From positions 1 to 64,000 of the forward strand of contig CAWFCQ010000001.1 of assembly GCA_963814375.1 (NCBI GenBank): 64,000 nt of DNA. Direction: 5' to 3'. Under the pieces are notes generated by a model. It made no database searches and was not told the origin of the DNA. It saw only the letters and a list, made by a program, of their open reading frames with translations. The DNA comes from an uncultured Chloroflexia bacterium (GTDB lineage: Bacteria > Chloroflexota > Limnocylindria > QHBO01). How positions within the stretch are numbered: the stretch's first letter is position 1; each line of letters begins with the position of its first letter. The translations under genes were made by a program, and so were the position numbers. This document shows, piece by piece, positions 47,517 to 58,393 of this stretch.

Positions 47517-48568
47517 ATGCGGTACGGGATCATTGCCGAGAGCGCGGTCGAGCGCATCGGGCTGGCGTCCGGCCAGGTGCCGACGCCGATGCTCGAGCCG
47601 TACGGGGCGGGCTTCGGACGAGCGTTGATGGTGGCGACGAAGATCGGCCTCTTCGAGGCGCTGGACAAGGCGCCGCTCACCGCGGAGGAGGTCGCGGGCC
47701 GATGCGACGTCGACGCTCGCGGGGTCGGAGAAGCTGATGAACCTCCTGGTCGGCATGCGTTACCTGCGTCGTGGAAGCGACGCTCGCTACGACCTCACGA
47801 AGCTGTCGCGTCGCTGGATCCTGGGTGACGCCCCGAGCTCGGTGCGCGACATGGTCCTCATGAAGTTCCTCGAGTGGGAGTGGATCGAGGGTCTCGAGGG
47901 ATTCGTCAGGACCGGGGACCCCCTCGACGTCCACGCCGCCATGAGCGCCGAGCAATGGGGCCTCTATCAGCGAGGCATGCGGGCGCAGGCAGGCCTGCTC
48001 GGAAGCTGGCTCGCCCGGCGGCTGCCGATGCCTCCCGACGCTCGGCGCATGCTCGACATCGGCGGATCACACGGATATCTATCCGTCGCGCTCTGTCGTC
48101 GATACCCGGAGCTGTCCGCCGAGGTCCTCGATCTGCCTGAAGCCGTCGAGCAGGCGGCGCCGATTCTGGCCGCGGAGGGGATGGGCGATCGCGTGGTGCA
48201 TCGGGCCGGCGATGCCCTCACCGACGACCTCGGCACGGACTCGGTACGACCTCATCCTCGCCTTCAGCCTGGTTCACCACTTCGACGCCGATGCGAATCG
48301 GGCCTTCACCGCCCGCTGCGCGCGGGCCCTCCGGCCGGGCGGCATCTTCGTGATCGGCGATCAGATGCGTCCGGCTCAGCCGTCGAAGGCCAGCTCCCAG
48401 GACCTCTTCTTCGACCTCTACTTCGCCCTCACGAGTCGGTCCGGGCTGTGGAGCACCGAGGAGATGTCGGCATGGCAGCGCAGCGCGGGGCTTCGCCCAC
48501 GCAAGCCGATGCGGCTGATCCCGGGCGGACAGGGGCCGGTGCTCCAGGTCGGCGAGCGCATCCAATGA
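47517..48568 (+). CDS. O-methyltransferase (dimerisation + SAM domain), frameshifts near 47729 and 48241
   Basis: IGLFEAL winged helix, MLDIGGSHG, LDLP, AGD, LVHHF spread over three frames. Confidence 0.75.
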
Positions 48569-48921
48569 GCTCGGACGTCGACGCCTACCTCGCGAAGCTG
48601 CCGGCAGACCAGCGCGAGCTCCTCCAGCGAATGCGCGAGCGGATCGCCCGCCTCGTGCCCGATGCGGAGCAGGCCATCAGCTACGGCATGCCCGCCTTCA
48701 AGCTGGGCGGCCGCTTCCTCGTCTCGTACGCGGGGTGGAAGAAGCACTGCAGCATCTATCCGCTGACCGATGCGTTCCACGCCGCCCATGCCGATGAGCT
48801 GACGGGCTTCGACAAGACGAAGGGCAGCCTGCACTTCACGCCGGCATCGCCGATTCCGGACGCGCTGCTCGACCGTCTCATCCTGGACCTCGTCGCGGAT
48901 CGCGAGGCCAGCGGTCGATAG
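48565..48921 (+). CDS. DUF1801/YdhG-like protein
   Basis: VDAYLAKLP, ISYGMPAFK, TKGSLHF. Confidence 0.85.
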   Translation: MSSDVDAYLAKLPADQRELLQRMRERIARLVPDAEQAISYGMPAFKLGGRFLVSYAGWKKHCSIYPLTDAFHAAHADELTGFDKTKGSLHFTPASPIPDALLDRLILDLVADREASGR

Positions 48922-48936
48922 GCGAGGATAGCCTCA

Positions 48937-49050
48937 GGCGTTACCGAGGCGAGTGCTCAAGGTGAGAGGCAAGTTCGAGCATGGCGCCGAATCCGTCGCG
49001 GATTCATCGGTTCGGAAGGGACGAACCCCGGCGCGGCCCTGCTGCTCAGT
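48937..49050 (+). repeat. Degenerate direct copy of 49557-49655 (3' end of the VOC gene)
   Basis: gcgttaccgaggcgagtgctcaaggtgagaggcaagttcga...gggacgaaccccggc vs gcgtcaccgaggcgatgctcaaggtgaagggcaagttcga...gggacgaaccccggc. Confidence 0.7.
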
Positions 49051-49157
49051 TGATTGCCCATGCTGGTAAATCGGGCGCCACGCTGTGATGCGCCGCGATG
49101 AAGCCGTGGCAGTTCCTGAAGAGTCCTCAGGCGCCGCGATTGCCGAGAGCGACTCCC

Positions 49158-49654
49158 ATGAAGACCTTGGCGTCCGATGCTGTGGTTCGACGACCAGGAC
49201 GATGCAGCCGCGCTGGCTACGTATCGATCTTCCCATCGCCGAGCTCGGCGAGACGACGTGTACGGCCCGGAGGACCCCTGACGCCGGCGAAGGTCATGAC
49301 CGTCGACGTGCGCCATCGACGGGCAGCGGTTCGTCGCGCTGAACGGCGGGTCGGACTCCACGTTCCACGAGCTCCGTCTCGATCGTGGTGCCGGCGAGTC
49401 GCAGGACGAGGCCGACCGCTACTGGGATGCGCTCGTCGATGGCGGCGAGGAGTCCTACTGCGGCTGGCTGAAGGACCGATACGGCCTGCAGCTGGCAGCT
49501 TGCCCCGGATCGCGCTCGACCGGATGATGGCCGATCCCGACCGGTGAAGTCGCGGCGCGTCACCGAGGCGATGCTCAAGGTGAAGGGCAAGTTCGACATC
49601 GCCGAGCTTCGCGACGCGTTCGAGGGACGAACCCCGGCCGGCACCCGCAGCTAG
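49158..49654 (+). pseudogene. PhnB/3-demethylubiquinone-MT-like VOC gene, heavily frameshifted (probably sequence error)
   Basis: Fragments MLWFDDQ, GQRFVALNGG, QDEADRYWDAL, CGWLKDRYG, AMLKVKGKFDIAEL in different frames. Confidence 0.65.
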
Positions 49655-49662
49655 TCAGACCG

Positions 49663-51283
49663 CTGAACGCCGATCTCGCCTTTCTCGGCGCGAGCGTCGA
49701 GCCGATCGTGCCGCGCACCGCATCGGCCAGGGCGGTCGCGGTGCGGGACGGGCGCATCACCGCGGTCGGGACCGCTCAGCAGGTGCGTGACCAGATCGGC
49801 TCCGGCACGCGCGTCGTCGAGCTCGACGGTCAGACGCTGCTCCCGGGATTCCAGGATGCCCACGTCCACCCGATCGACGGCGGGCTGCTGGGGGACCTGG
49901 TCGACCTCCATCCGCTGCCCGGGGTCACTGCCTACATCGCGGTGATCGCGCGTTACGCCGCCGTGCAGCTCGGACCGTGCATGGATCGTGGGCGGTGGCT
50001 GGTCGCTTCCCGCCTTCCCGCGCGGCGAGCCCAGCCGCGAGCTGCTCGATCGAGTTGGTGCCCGATCGGCCGGCGATCCTCGACAGCGACGACGGCCACG
50101 TCGCCTGGGTCAACTCGCGCGCCCTCGAGATCGCGGGTATCACCGCCGCAACGGATGACCCGCCCGGCGGCCGGATCGCGCGCGACGCGAACGGCGAGCC
50201 GGCCGGCGCGCTCGTCGATCAGGCGATCGGCCTCGTGGCCGGCCACGTCCCGCAGCCGACCCACGATGATCTGGTCACGGGTCTGCGGCGGGGGCAGGCG
50301 GAGCTGCATCGGCTCGGGATCACCGCCTGGCAGGACGCGAACGTCGGACCCGAGCGGCTGGCCGTCTATCACGAAGCGGCATCGGCCGGATGGCTGACCG
50401 CGCGGGTCGTTGCCGCGCTGTGGTGGCGGCGCGATGCTGAGCTCGAGCAGATCGACTGAGTTCGAGGAGCAGCGAGCGTCGGTCCAGGAGCACGACGGAA
50501 GGCTGCGAGCGTCCAGCGTCAAGCTCATGCTCGACGGGATCCTCGAAGCGCGCACGGCGTTCATGACCAGCCCGTACGCCGCCGGAGGCGGCGGAATTGG
50601 CGAACCGTTCATCGATCCCGAGCTCCTGGTCGAGGCGGTGACCGAGCTCGACCGGCGAGGCTTCCAGGCGCACTTTCACGCCATCGGCGACGGCGCGATG
50701 TCGCCTCGCGCTCGATGCTGTCGCGGCGGCACGCGACCGCAATGGGCCCTCCGACGCGCGCCACCACATCGCCCATCTCGAGGTGGTCAACCCGGCCGAC
50801 ATCGGACGCTTCGGCGAGCTCGGCGTGACGGCCAACATCCAGCCGTTCTGGGCGTCGGATGACGTCCAGATGCGGGAGCTTCGCCTCCCGGTGCTCGGAC
50901 CGGAACGGGCGGGCTGGCAGTACCCATTCGCGAGCCTGCGACGGGCGGGCGCGCGTCTGGCGGGCGGCAGCGACTGGACGGTCTCGACCGCGAACCCGCT
51001 GCTCGAGATCGAGGTGGCGACGCGGCGGGTGGCGCCGGAGACGCGCGACGTCGATCCATTCCTCCCGGACGAGCGTCTGACGCTCGACGAGGCGCTCGAG
51101 GCGTTCACGCTCGGCAGCGCCTTCGTCAACCACCTGGACTCGGTGACCGGGTCGATCGAGGTCGGGAAGCAGGCAGATCTCGTCGCGCTCGATCGCGATC
51201 TCCGGGCTCCGGATGCCGGGCCGATCGGTGACGCGGCAGTCAGGGCGACCTGGGTGGCCGGCGAGCAGGTATTCGGCGACTGA
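49663..51283 (+). CDS. YtcJ-like amidohydrolase (Amidohydro_3), several frameshifts; start uncertain
   Basis: LLPGFQDAHVH, GHVAWVNSRAL, KLMLDG, HAIGD, IAHLE, GSDW, GSIEVGKQADLV. Confidence 0.75.
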
Positions 51284-51306
51284 GCCTCACCGGCCGTTCG
51301 CGGGCC

Positions 51307-51657
51307 TCAGGCCGTGAGCTTGTCGAGTCGCTGGAGAAGGTCGTGTGCCGCGAGCTCGATCTCCTTGTGGCGCCACTCCGCGGCTCGGTACTGGCAGGCG
51401 ATGAGCCCGGTGCGATGGATCCGCCGGAAGTCGCCATACACGAACGCGTGGCGGGCCTTCGTCTCATCCGACGCACCGTCCGTCAGGCCGAGGTGCCACT
51501 CGGCGTACTCGTCCCACGAATGTCCGTCGAGGTAGGCGTTCTCCTCATCGGCTCCCGGCTGTGCTTCGCCCCAGTCGCTGTCGAGGACGTACTGCCGCCC
51601 GTCGATGAGCTTGCGTGCCCGTGCGACCGCCTTGGCGTTGACCTTGTAGGAGGGCAT
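51307..51657 (-). CDS. Hypothetical protein
   Basis: MPSYKVN...YVLDSDW...WHLG...YGDFRRIHR...CQYRAAEWRH. Confidence 0.7.
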   Translation of the reverse strand: MPSYKVNAKAVARARKLIDGRQYVLDSDWGEAQPGADEENAYLDGHSWDEYAEWHLGLTDGASDETKARHAFVYGDFRRIHRTGLIACQYRAAEWRHKEIELAAHDLLQRLDKLTA

Positions 51658-51697
51658 GCCCGACATGCCCGCCAGATGCGTGCCAACCTCTGCGCTG

Positions 51698-52276
51698 ATG
51701 AAGCCCGGCCGCGCCTCGCACATCACCGACCTCGGGGATGGGACCATCCTGCGCCGGGGCGGACGTCCGGTGGCGGAGGCGCGAATGATGGAGCTGGCGC
51801 GATCGAGCGGCCTCGCCGTTCCCGTGGTTCACGCCGTACGCGAGGATGGCCTCGTCCTGGAGCTGATCGAGGGCCCCACGCTCGGGCAGCGCCTCACGCG
51901 CCGGCCGTGGGAGCTCTCGCGCGGAATCCGGATCCTTGCCGACATCCACCGGCGTCTGCACGAGATCCCGTTCGAGGGCGATCGCCTCGTGCACTTCGAC
52001 CTCCACCCCGACAACGTGCTGCTCGGATCCCGCGGGCCGGTGCTGATCGACTGGACGAACGCCCATGGGGGAGACCCGGCCGGCGACCTTGCCATGACGT
52101 GGCTGATCCTCGAGACCAGCTCGGGGCTCCCCGGGCGGCTCGCGGCTCGGCTGTTCCTCGCCGCCGTCGGTCGGGACGAGGTTCGTCGTGGCCTGGCCGA
52201 TGCGGCCGGCTTCCGGCTCGCCGACCCTCATGTCACCGACGACGAGCGGGAGCGCGTCCGGCGAGCCACGCCGTGA
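51698..52276 (+). CDS. APH/choline-kinase-like phosphotransferase
   Basis: LVHFDLHPDNV, LIDW, GDPAGDLA. Confidence 0.8.
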   Translation: MKPGRASHITDLGDGTILRRGGRPVAEARMMELARSSGLAVPVVHAVREDGLVLELIEGPTLGQRLTRRPWELSRGIRILADIHRRLHEIPFEGDRLVHFDLHPDNVLLGSRGPVLIDWTNAHGGDPAGDLAMTWLILETSSGLPGRLAARLFLAAVGRDEVRRGLADAAGFRLADPHVTDDERERVRRATP

Positions 52277-52282
52277 CTGGCG

Positions 52283-53465
52283 CTATGGCGCGCTGATCTC
52301 GTCCGCAGCCGCGTTCCGGAGGGGCCTCGATCCGGACGGTCCCCGCACGGCGAGCCACATCGCCGGAATGGCGGCGACGCCCGCCACCAGCGACAGGACG
52401 AAGATCGACTGGGGGCCCCCGATCGCCGCGGCCGTCGAGCCGGCCCATGGCCCGAGGACGAGCGCCAGGCTGTAGATCGCCGCCGAGAGGACCCCCTGGG
52501 CGGTTGCCGCCGTGGCCGGTGGGGCGTGACGCGCCACGAACGTGACGCTGCCGACCAGAACGAGCCCGAAGCCCATGCCGTGCAGCGCCATCGTCGCGGC
52601 CGCGAGCACCGGGTCGGTGACCACGAGGAGGACCAGCGCCCGGAGCGCGAAGAAGGCGGCGCCGATGATGATCAGTCGCTCGCCACCGATGCGCGCCGCG
52701 AGCAGCGGGAAGGCCCACATGATCGGTACCTCCACCAGGGCGCCGATGGCCCATGCCGATCCCACCAGCTCGCCGGGCGCCCCGAGCTCCAGCAGGTGGA
52801 TGGAGAAGTACCAGTTGATCGCCATCGACGCCGACCAGACCAGCACCGTCGCGGCGAGGAAGCGGGCGATGAGCGGATCACGCAGCACGCGCCCGATCCC
52901 GCGGAGACGCGGCAGCGGCGAGGCGCTGGAGTGCCCGCGCAGGAGAAGCGCGATCAGCGCCAGGCTCACCAGTGCGCCGATGTAGACCGCGAAGAGGCTG
53001 GCCACCGAGGTGCGCTCGATCAGCGCTCCGGTGAGGAGCACGACGACGATGAACGACGCCGAGCCCCATGCGCGCAGCCCGCCCCATCGGTCGCGATCAC
53101 CCCGGACGATCTCCAGCGAGCGCGCGTCGAGGGTCGGGCCGAGGCCCGCGAATGCCAGCGCCATGACCGCCACCGACAGTGTCATGAGGACGACGCTGTC
53201 CGACGCCGCCAGGGCGACCGCTCCCAGCGCACGAGATCAGCGCAGCGGCGGGTATCACCACGCGGGAGCCGGGGAAGCGATCGGCCAGGGCGCCCCACAG
53301 CGGAGCGGCCACGAGCCCGGCGGCTGCCGCCAGACCGGTCAGCAGACCGATCGTCCCGAGGTCGAGGCCGCGTGACGCGTAGAAGACGCCGAGGTAGGGG
53401 AAGTAGGCGCCAACTGCCCCGAACAGGGCGATGTAGCCGAGGCGGCTGAGGGAGATGGGGGACAT
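52283..53465 (-). CDS. MFS transporter (nucleoside:H+/MFS_1-like), frameshift near 53225
   Basis: YFPYL...IGLL...PLWGALADR N-terminal part; WGGLRAWGS, EVPIM, LHG C-terminal part. Confidence 0.75.
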
Positions 53466-53656
53466 CGGCAGTGCGAAGTCTGACAGACCGCTCGCCCTTC
53501 GGAGTGTTTCGCGCCGGCTGGAATCGGCCAGGTTCTTGCACATCGCAGACCGGTAAGCCGGACTGCACACTGTCCCTCTCCGGCAACCCTCTGGCTTCGG
53601 GCCGCTCACCGTCCCTTGGCGGTGGCCGGTGCCCACATTCACACACGAGGAGACCC

Positions 53657-54512
53657 ATGCGTCGAACCCTCATTGCTCCCTTCCTGGCCGCAGCGATCGC
53701 GCTGACGGTGATGGTGGCGCCGGTCGCGGCGATCACCGGCGGCCAGCCCGATGGCGACGGCCATCCCCAGACTGCGCTGCTCCTGGCGCCAGGCCTGACC
53801 TTCTGCTCGGGCACCCTGATCGATGAGCAGACGATCCTGACGGCCGGTCACTGCACCGATTTCTGGACCGAGCTCGCCGCCGATCCCGAGGTCGAGCTCG
53901 AAGAGATCCTGGTCAGCTTCGACGCGCAGGCCGCCGTCGACGAGGACTGGCTCCCCGTGGACGAGACCGAGTGGTTCACGGCGTCGGAGTGGATGACCCA
54001 TCCCGACTACGTGTCCGCCGATTGGCCGTTCACGTTCGACTACGGATTGCTCTTCCTGGACGAGGATCCCGGCATCACGCCGGCCGACGCTGGCCCCTCT
54101 CGGCACGCTCGGGCCGATCCTCGGAGGCAGCGGCGCCAGCAAGCAGCTGTTCGACGACGTCGGCTACGGCGTCCAGGGCAACATCCGGGGCGGCGGCCCG
54201 CCGCAGCAGGCGATCACCTGGACGCGCAAGATCGCGGTCCAGCGCTACGCGCCGGGCAACGGCTCGTCGACCGGGATCTTCCACGAGTCGTGGTTCATCC
54301 TGAAGAACAGCCCGTCGGCCCAGCACGGTGGCGCCTGCGGTGGCGACTCCGGCTCGCCGATCTTCCTGCACGACACGACGACCGTCGCGGCGGTCCACAC
54401 CGGCGGCTACCGGATGGGCCTGGATGGCGTCCTGTGCGGGCGCAAGTCGTCCCTGAACCATCGCGTCGACATCGAGGGCGTCCACGACTGGATCCTCGCC
54501 AACGCGATCTAG
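53657..54512 (+). CDS. Secreted trypsin-like serine protease, frameshift near 54090
   Basis: Signal peptide, mature ITGG, CSGTLI, LTAGHC, DYGL, and after the shift ACGGDSGSP; GAGGAG RBS. Confidence 0.8.
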
Positions 54513-54528
54513 CCGACGCTCGACCTTG

Positions 54529-54566
54529 AGGCCCGCTCCGGGGTTCCCCGGGGCGGGCCTCTTTTC
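54529..54566 (+). terminator. Rho-independent terminator
   Basis: AGGCCCGCTCCGGGG/CCCCGGGGCGGGCCT stem followed by CTTTT. Confidence 0.8.
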
Positions 54567-54578
54567 TATGCTTGGCGC

Positions 54579-55340
54579 ATGGATCTCGGTCTCAGCGATC
54601 GCGTCGTGCTCATCACCGGCGCCGGCGGCGGAGTCGGCCCGACGCTCGCGCACGCCTTCGCCGCCGAGGGTGCGCTGGTGGCGCTGCACGTCCGGGACGC
54701 GGCCAAGCCCGGTCGCGGCCACGAGACGGCCGATGCGATCCGGTCCGCCGGCGGGCGCGCCGCCGTCGTCGGCGCCGACCTCCGCTCGACCGACGCGATC
54801 GAGGCGATGGTCTCCCGGACGCGCGAGGAGCTCGGCGCGGTCGCGGTCCTGGTGAACGCGACATCGGCCTATCGCGCCGAGACGCTGGCGGAGATCACGG
54901 ACGACAGCTGGAGCTCGATGATCGACGACATGCTCGGCGCCACGCTGCGCGTCACGCGCGCCGTCGCGCCCGGGATGCGGGCCGATGGCTGGGGCAGGAT
55001 CGTCTCGTTCGCCTCGCGCTCAGCTCTCGCCGGAGTTGCCAAGGCGTCCCACTACGCCGCCGCCAAGGCGGGCGTCATCGGCCTCACCGCGTCGTTGGCC
55101 AAGGAGCTCGGCCCGGATGGCATCCTCGTCAACGCGCTGGCGCCGACGCAGATCCTGACCGTCAAGGACGGCGAGCCGTCCATTCCCGCTGAACGGGCGG
55201 AGAAGATGGCGAAGTCGATTCCGCTGCGCCGCCTTGCCACTCCGGACGACGTCGCCGGCCTCGTGCTGTGGTTGGCATCGGCGGCCAACACCTACGTCAC
55301 CGGCGAGACGATCGGCTTCACCGGCGGCGCCAAGACCTGA
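54579..55340 (+). CDS. Short-chain dehydrogenase/reductase
   Basis: TGAGGGVG, LVNA, YAAAK, VNALAP. Confidence 0.92.
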   Translation: MDLGLSDRVVLITGAGGGVGPTLAHAFAAEGALVALHVRDAAKPGRGHETADAIRSAGGRAAVVGADLRSTDAIEAMVSRTREELGAVAVLVNATSAYRAETLAEITDDSWSSMIDDMLGATLRVTRAVAPGMRADGWGRIVSFASRSALAGVAKASHYAAAKAGVIGLTASLAKELGPDGILVNALAPTQILTVKDGEPSIPAERAEKMAKSIPLRRLATPDDVAGLVLWLASAANTYVTGETIGFTGGAKT

Positions 55341-55450
55341 CCGGCGCCCGCGCCACCGCTCCACCGCGCATTCACAGTTCGCGCGCATTCGGCGGCCACG
55401 CTCTCCGCATCGGCCCGATCGGAGGTCGATCCTCAAGGGAGAACAGACAG

Positions 55451-55864
55451 ATGGGAACGATCTTCCGCATATTCGCGGTGCTGCTCCTGGTCGCCGTCGC
55501 CGTCGGCATCGGCGCAGCGGTCTACAACGCCGGCGTGACGGCCGGCCTGAACGAGGCGGCGATCCAGGCGGCGGCCAACGGTGATCCGGTGCCCGTGGCT
55601 CCGTACGCGTACGGCTACGGACCCTACTGGCAGGGGCCGTTCGGGTCGGGCTGGGGCATCTTCGGGATCTTCTTCTGGATCCTGGGCATCTTCCTGGTCA
55701 TTGGCATCGTGCGAGCCGCGTTCGGGTTCGGCCGGGGCTGGGGTGGCCCCGGACCGCGCGGCCCGGGCGGATGGGGCGGCCGCTACGAGCGGATGGACGA
55801 GCTGCATCGTGAGCTGCATCGGCGCGAGGGCGGCGAGGGCGAGCAGCGCCCGGCGGCAACCTGA
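55451..55864 (+). CDS. Two-TM Gly-rich membrane protein upstream of a two-component system
   Basis: Two hydrophobic helices; C-terminal DELHRELH. Confidence 0.7.
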   Translation: MGTIFRIFAVLLLVAVAVGIGAAVYNAGVTAGLNEAAIQAAANGDPVPVAPYAYGYGPYWQGPFGSGWGIFGIFFWILGIFLVIGIVRAAFGFGRGWGGPGPRGPGGWGGRYERMDELHRELHRREGGEGEQRPAAT

Positions 55865-55886
55865 CCCGCCCTACCATGCCGGCACC

Positions 55887-56562
55887 ATGCCGCAGATCCT
55901 GATCGTGGATGACGAGCCGGAGATCGTCCGGCTCGTCCACGACTTTCTGACCGCCGCCGGCTTCGCGCGTGACCACGGCCGGCTCGGGTGACGAGGCGCT
56001 GATGCGCGTGCGGACCGAGTCGCCGGACCTCGTCGTGCTCGATCTCGGCCTCCCCGGGTTGGACGGACTGGACGTGACGCGCGCGATCCGACACACCGGC
56101 AACCTGCCGATCATCATGCTCACCGCGCGCGACGACGAGACCGACAAGCTGATCGGCCTCGAGCTCGGCGCCGACGACTACGTGACGAAGCCATTCAGCC
56201 CGCGCGAGCTTGTGGCACGCGTGCGCGCCGTGCTGCGGCGTCACGCCGCCGGCGGCGAGCGTCAGCTGCTGCGGGCCGGCGATCTGGCCCTCGACCTGCC
56301 GCGCATGCGCGCCACCCGAGACGGTGAGCCGATCGAGCTGACCGCGACCGAGTTCGCGTTGCTCTCCGCCATGGCTCGCGAGCCCGGCAGGGTCTTCACG
56401 CGGGCGCAGCTGCTCGACGCGATCCACGGCGTCGCCTTCGAGTCGTACGAGCGGGCGATCGACGCCCACGTCAAGAACATCAGGCGCAAGCTGGAGCCGA
56501 GTCCGCACGCTCCGCGCTACCTGCTGACGGTCTACGGCGTCGGATACCGGCTGGCGGAATGA
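55887..56562 (+). CDS. OmpR family response regulator, frameshift near 55968
   Basis: MPQILIVDDEPEI, LDLGLP, GADDYVTKPF, IDAHVKNIRRK, TVYGVGY. Confidence 0.85.
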
Positions 56563-57713
56563 CGGAGCCGAAGGAGCCGACGCAGCCCGCGGACGACCAC
56601 GGGGCATCTCACCGGCGGGCGCGCGGTCGACACGGCTGGCGGCTGCCGGACGAGCGGCCGCAGTGGTGGCCGGATGACGAGGCGTGGCCGCCGGCGCGAC
56701 CGGAGGCGTGGCGCGCCCTGCGCCGTCGATTCGCGCGACGGGCCGCCGCCTTCGGCTGCATGGTCGTGCTCACCCTGGTGGTCCTGACCGCGGTTGCCTC
56801 GTGGGTGCTCGGCCAGCTCTTCGGCGGCGGGTGGATCACGGTCGTCCTCATCGTCGTGCTCTTCCTCGTCCTCGCATCGGTCGTGCGCGCCGTCGTCCGC
56901 GGCATGCGCCTGGCCTTCACGCCGATGAGCGATCTCGTCGAGGCCTCGGCACGCGTCGAAGCCGGAGAGGTCGGGACCCAGGTGGAGGTGCGCGGCCCGA
57001 GCGAGGTCCGCACGCTGGCGCGCGCCTTCAACTCGATGAGCACGCGGCTGGCGGAGGACGATGCCGCGCGCCGTCGCCTGCTGGCGGACATCAGCCACGA
57101 GCTGCGCACGCCGCTGACCGTGATCAAGGGCAACGTCGAGGGCATGCTGGACGGCATGTACGCGCCGGATCGCGAGGTCCTCGAGCGCATTCTCGCCGAG
57201 ACCCATCAGCTCGAGCGCCTGATCGACGACCTGCGCACCCTCTCGCTCGCCGATGCGGGCATGCTCGCCCTTCAGCGCGAGCCGACCGACCTCGGCGCGC
57301 TGGCGGCCGAGGCCCTTGCCGCGTTCGAGCCGCAGGCCGCTGCGTCCTCGGTCACGCTCGTCGCGCAGCCGACGCCGGCGATGCCCGAGATCGAGATCGA
57401 CCCCCGACGCGTCCGCCAGGCGATCGCCAACCTGGTCGCCAACGCAATCCGCCATACACCGCCGGGAGGTCGCGTGACCGTCGCGGTGGCGCCCGACGGC
57501 GGTGGCCAGCAGCTGTCGGTGACCGATACGGGCTCCGGGATGGACGCCGAAGCAGCCGCGCACGCCTTCGATCGCTTCTGGCGCACGCCCGACTCGCCCG
57601 GCGCCGGCCTCGGCCTCGCGATCGTCCGGGACCTGGTCGCAGCCCACGGCGGCACCGTCGAGCTCGAGACGGTGGAAGGCGCCGGCACCGTCGTCCGCTG
57701 CCGCTTCCCGTAG
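56559..57713 (+). CDS. HAMP-domain sensor histidine kinase (BaeS-like intramembrane sensor)
   Basis: 2 TM helices with a short loop, SHELRTPL, NAIRH, DTGSG, GLGLAIV. Confidence 0.92.
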   Translation: MTEPKEPTQPADDHGASHRRARGRHGWRLPDERPQWWPDDEAWPPARPEAWRALRRRFARRAAAFGCMVVLTLVVLTAVASWVLGQLFGGGWITVVLIVVLFLVLASVVRAVVRGMRLAFTPMSDLVEASARVEAGEVGTQVEVRGPSEVRTLARAFNSMSTRLAEDDAARRRLLADISHELRTPLTVIKGNVEGMLDGMYAPDREVLERILAETHQLERLIDDLRTLSLADAGMLALQREPTDLGALAAEALAAFEPQAAASSVTLVAQPTPAMPEIEIDPRRVRQAIANLVANAIRHTPPGGRVTVAVAPDGGGQQLSVTDTGSGMDAEAAAHAFDRFWRTPDSPGAGLGLAIVRDLVAAHGGTVELETVEGAGTVVRCRFP

Positions 57714-57723
57714 AGTGGCGACG

Positions 57724-58389
57724 ATGACCGGCTGGATCAGGACGGCGTGGCAGCATCCGGCGGCATTGCTGCTCGGCGCGCAGCTCCTGGCCGTCGTGCT
57801 CTACCCGTACATGGACGAGTCGTCGACCGGCCGCGCCCTCCTGTCGCTCTCGACGCTCGTGATCCTGGTCATCGCGGTCTGGGCCATTCGCACCACACCG
57901 GCGCTCACCTGGGTCGCGATCCTCATCGGCCTGCCAGTCGTCGCCTTTACGCTGTGGGAGGCCGCCGATCCGTCGAATCGGACGGTTGCGCTGTGGTCGG
58001 CACTGCTCCACGCGACCTTCTATTTCTACATGAGCTACGGCCTGATCCGGTACATGTTCAAGGACCGATCGATCACGCCCGACGAGCTCTTCGCGACCGG
58101 TGCCACCTTCACGGTGGTGGCATGGGCCTTCGCCTACCTCTACGCCGCGAACCAGATCATCTGGCCGGGGTCGTTCACCGCGGCGGTCGATCCCGACGCG
58201 CCGAGAACGTGGATGGAGCTGCTCTTCCTGTCCTTCACCACGCTCACCTCCACCGGGCTCTCGGACGTCGTGCCGATTCGGCCCCAGGCGCGCGCGTGGG
58301 TGATGATCGAGCAGCTGGCCGGGCTGATGTACGTGGCGATCGTGATCAGCCGGGTCGTGGGCCTGACGCTCTATCGCCCGCGGGCTTAG
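57724..58389 (+). CDS. Ion channel (Ion_trans_2) family membrane protein
   Basis: Pore-like LSFTTLTSTGLSDVVP, several TM helices. Confidence 0.75.
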   Translation: MTGWIRTAWQHPAALLLGAQLLAVVLYPYMDESSTGRALLSLSTLVILVIAVWAIRTTPALTWVAILIGLPVVAFTLWEAADPSNRTVALWSALLHATFYFYMSYGLIRYMFKDRSITPDELFATGATFTVVAWAFAYLYAANQIIWPGSFTAAVDPDAPRTWMELLFLSFTTLTSTGLSDVVPIRPQARAWVMIEQLAGLMYVAIVISRVVGLTLYRPRA

Positions 58390-58393
58390 AGGC

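Noticed and set aside
2830-47737. Long antisense ORFs (e.g. 2830..4446, 8650..10146, 45818..47737)
   Set aside because: Shadow ORFs opposite real genes, expected at high GC; no family motifs
47737-48921. Methyltransferase-DUF1801 fusion
   Set aside because: Frameshift read-through; the DUF1801 gene has its own ATG overlapping the methyltransferase stop
53470-53650. c-di-GMP-I or other riboswitch upstream of the protease
   Set aside because: Hairpins are present, but the GNRA tetraloop and the GCAAAC/GACGCAAA core elements are missing
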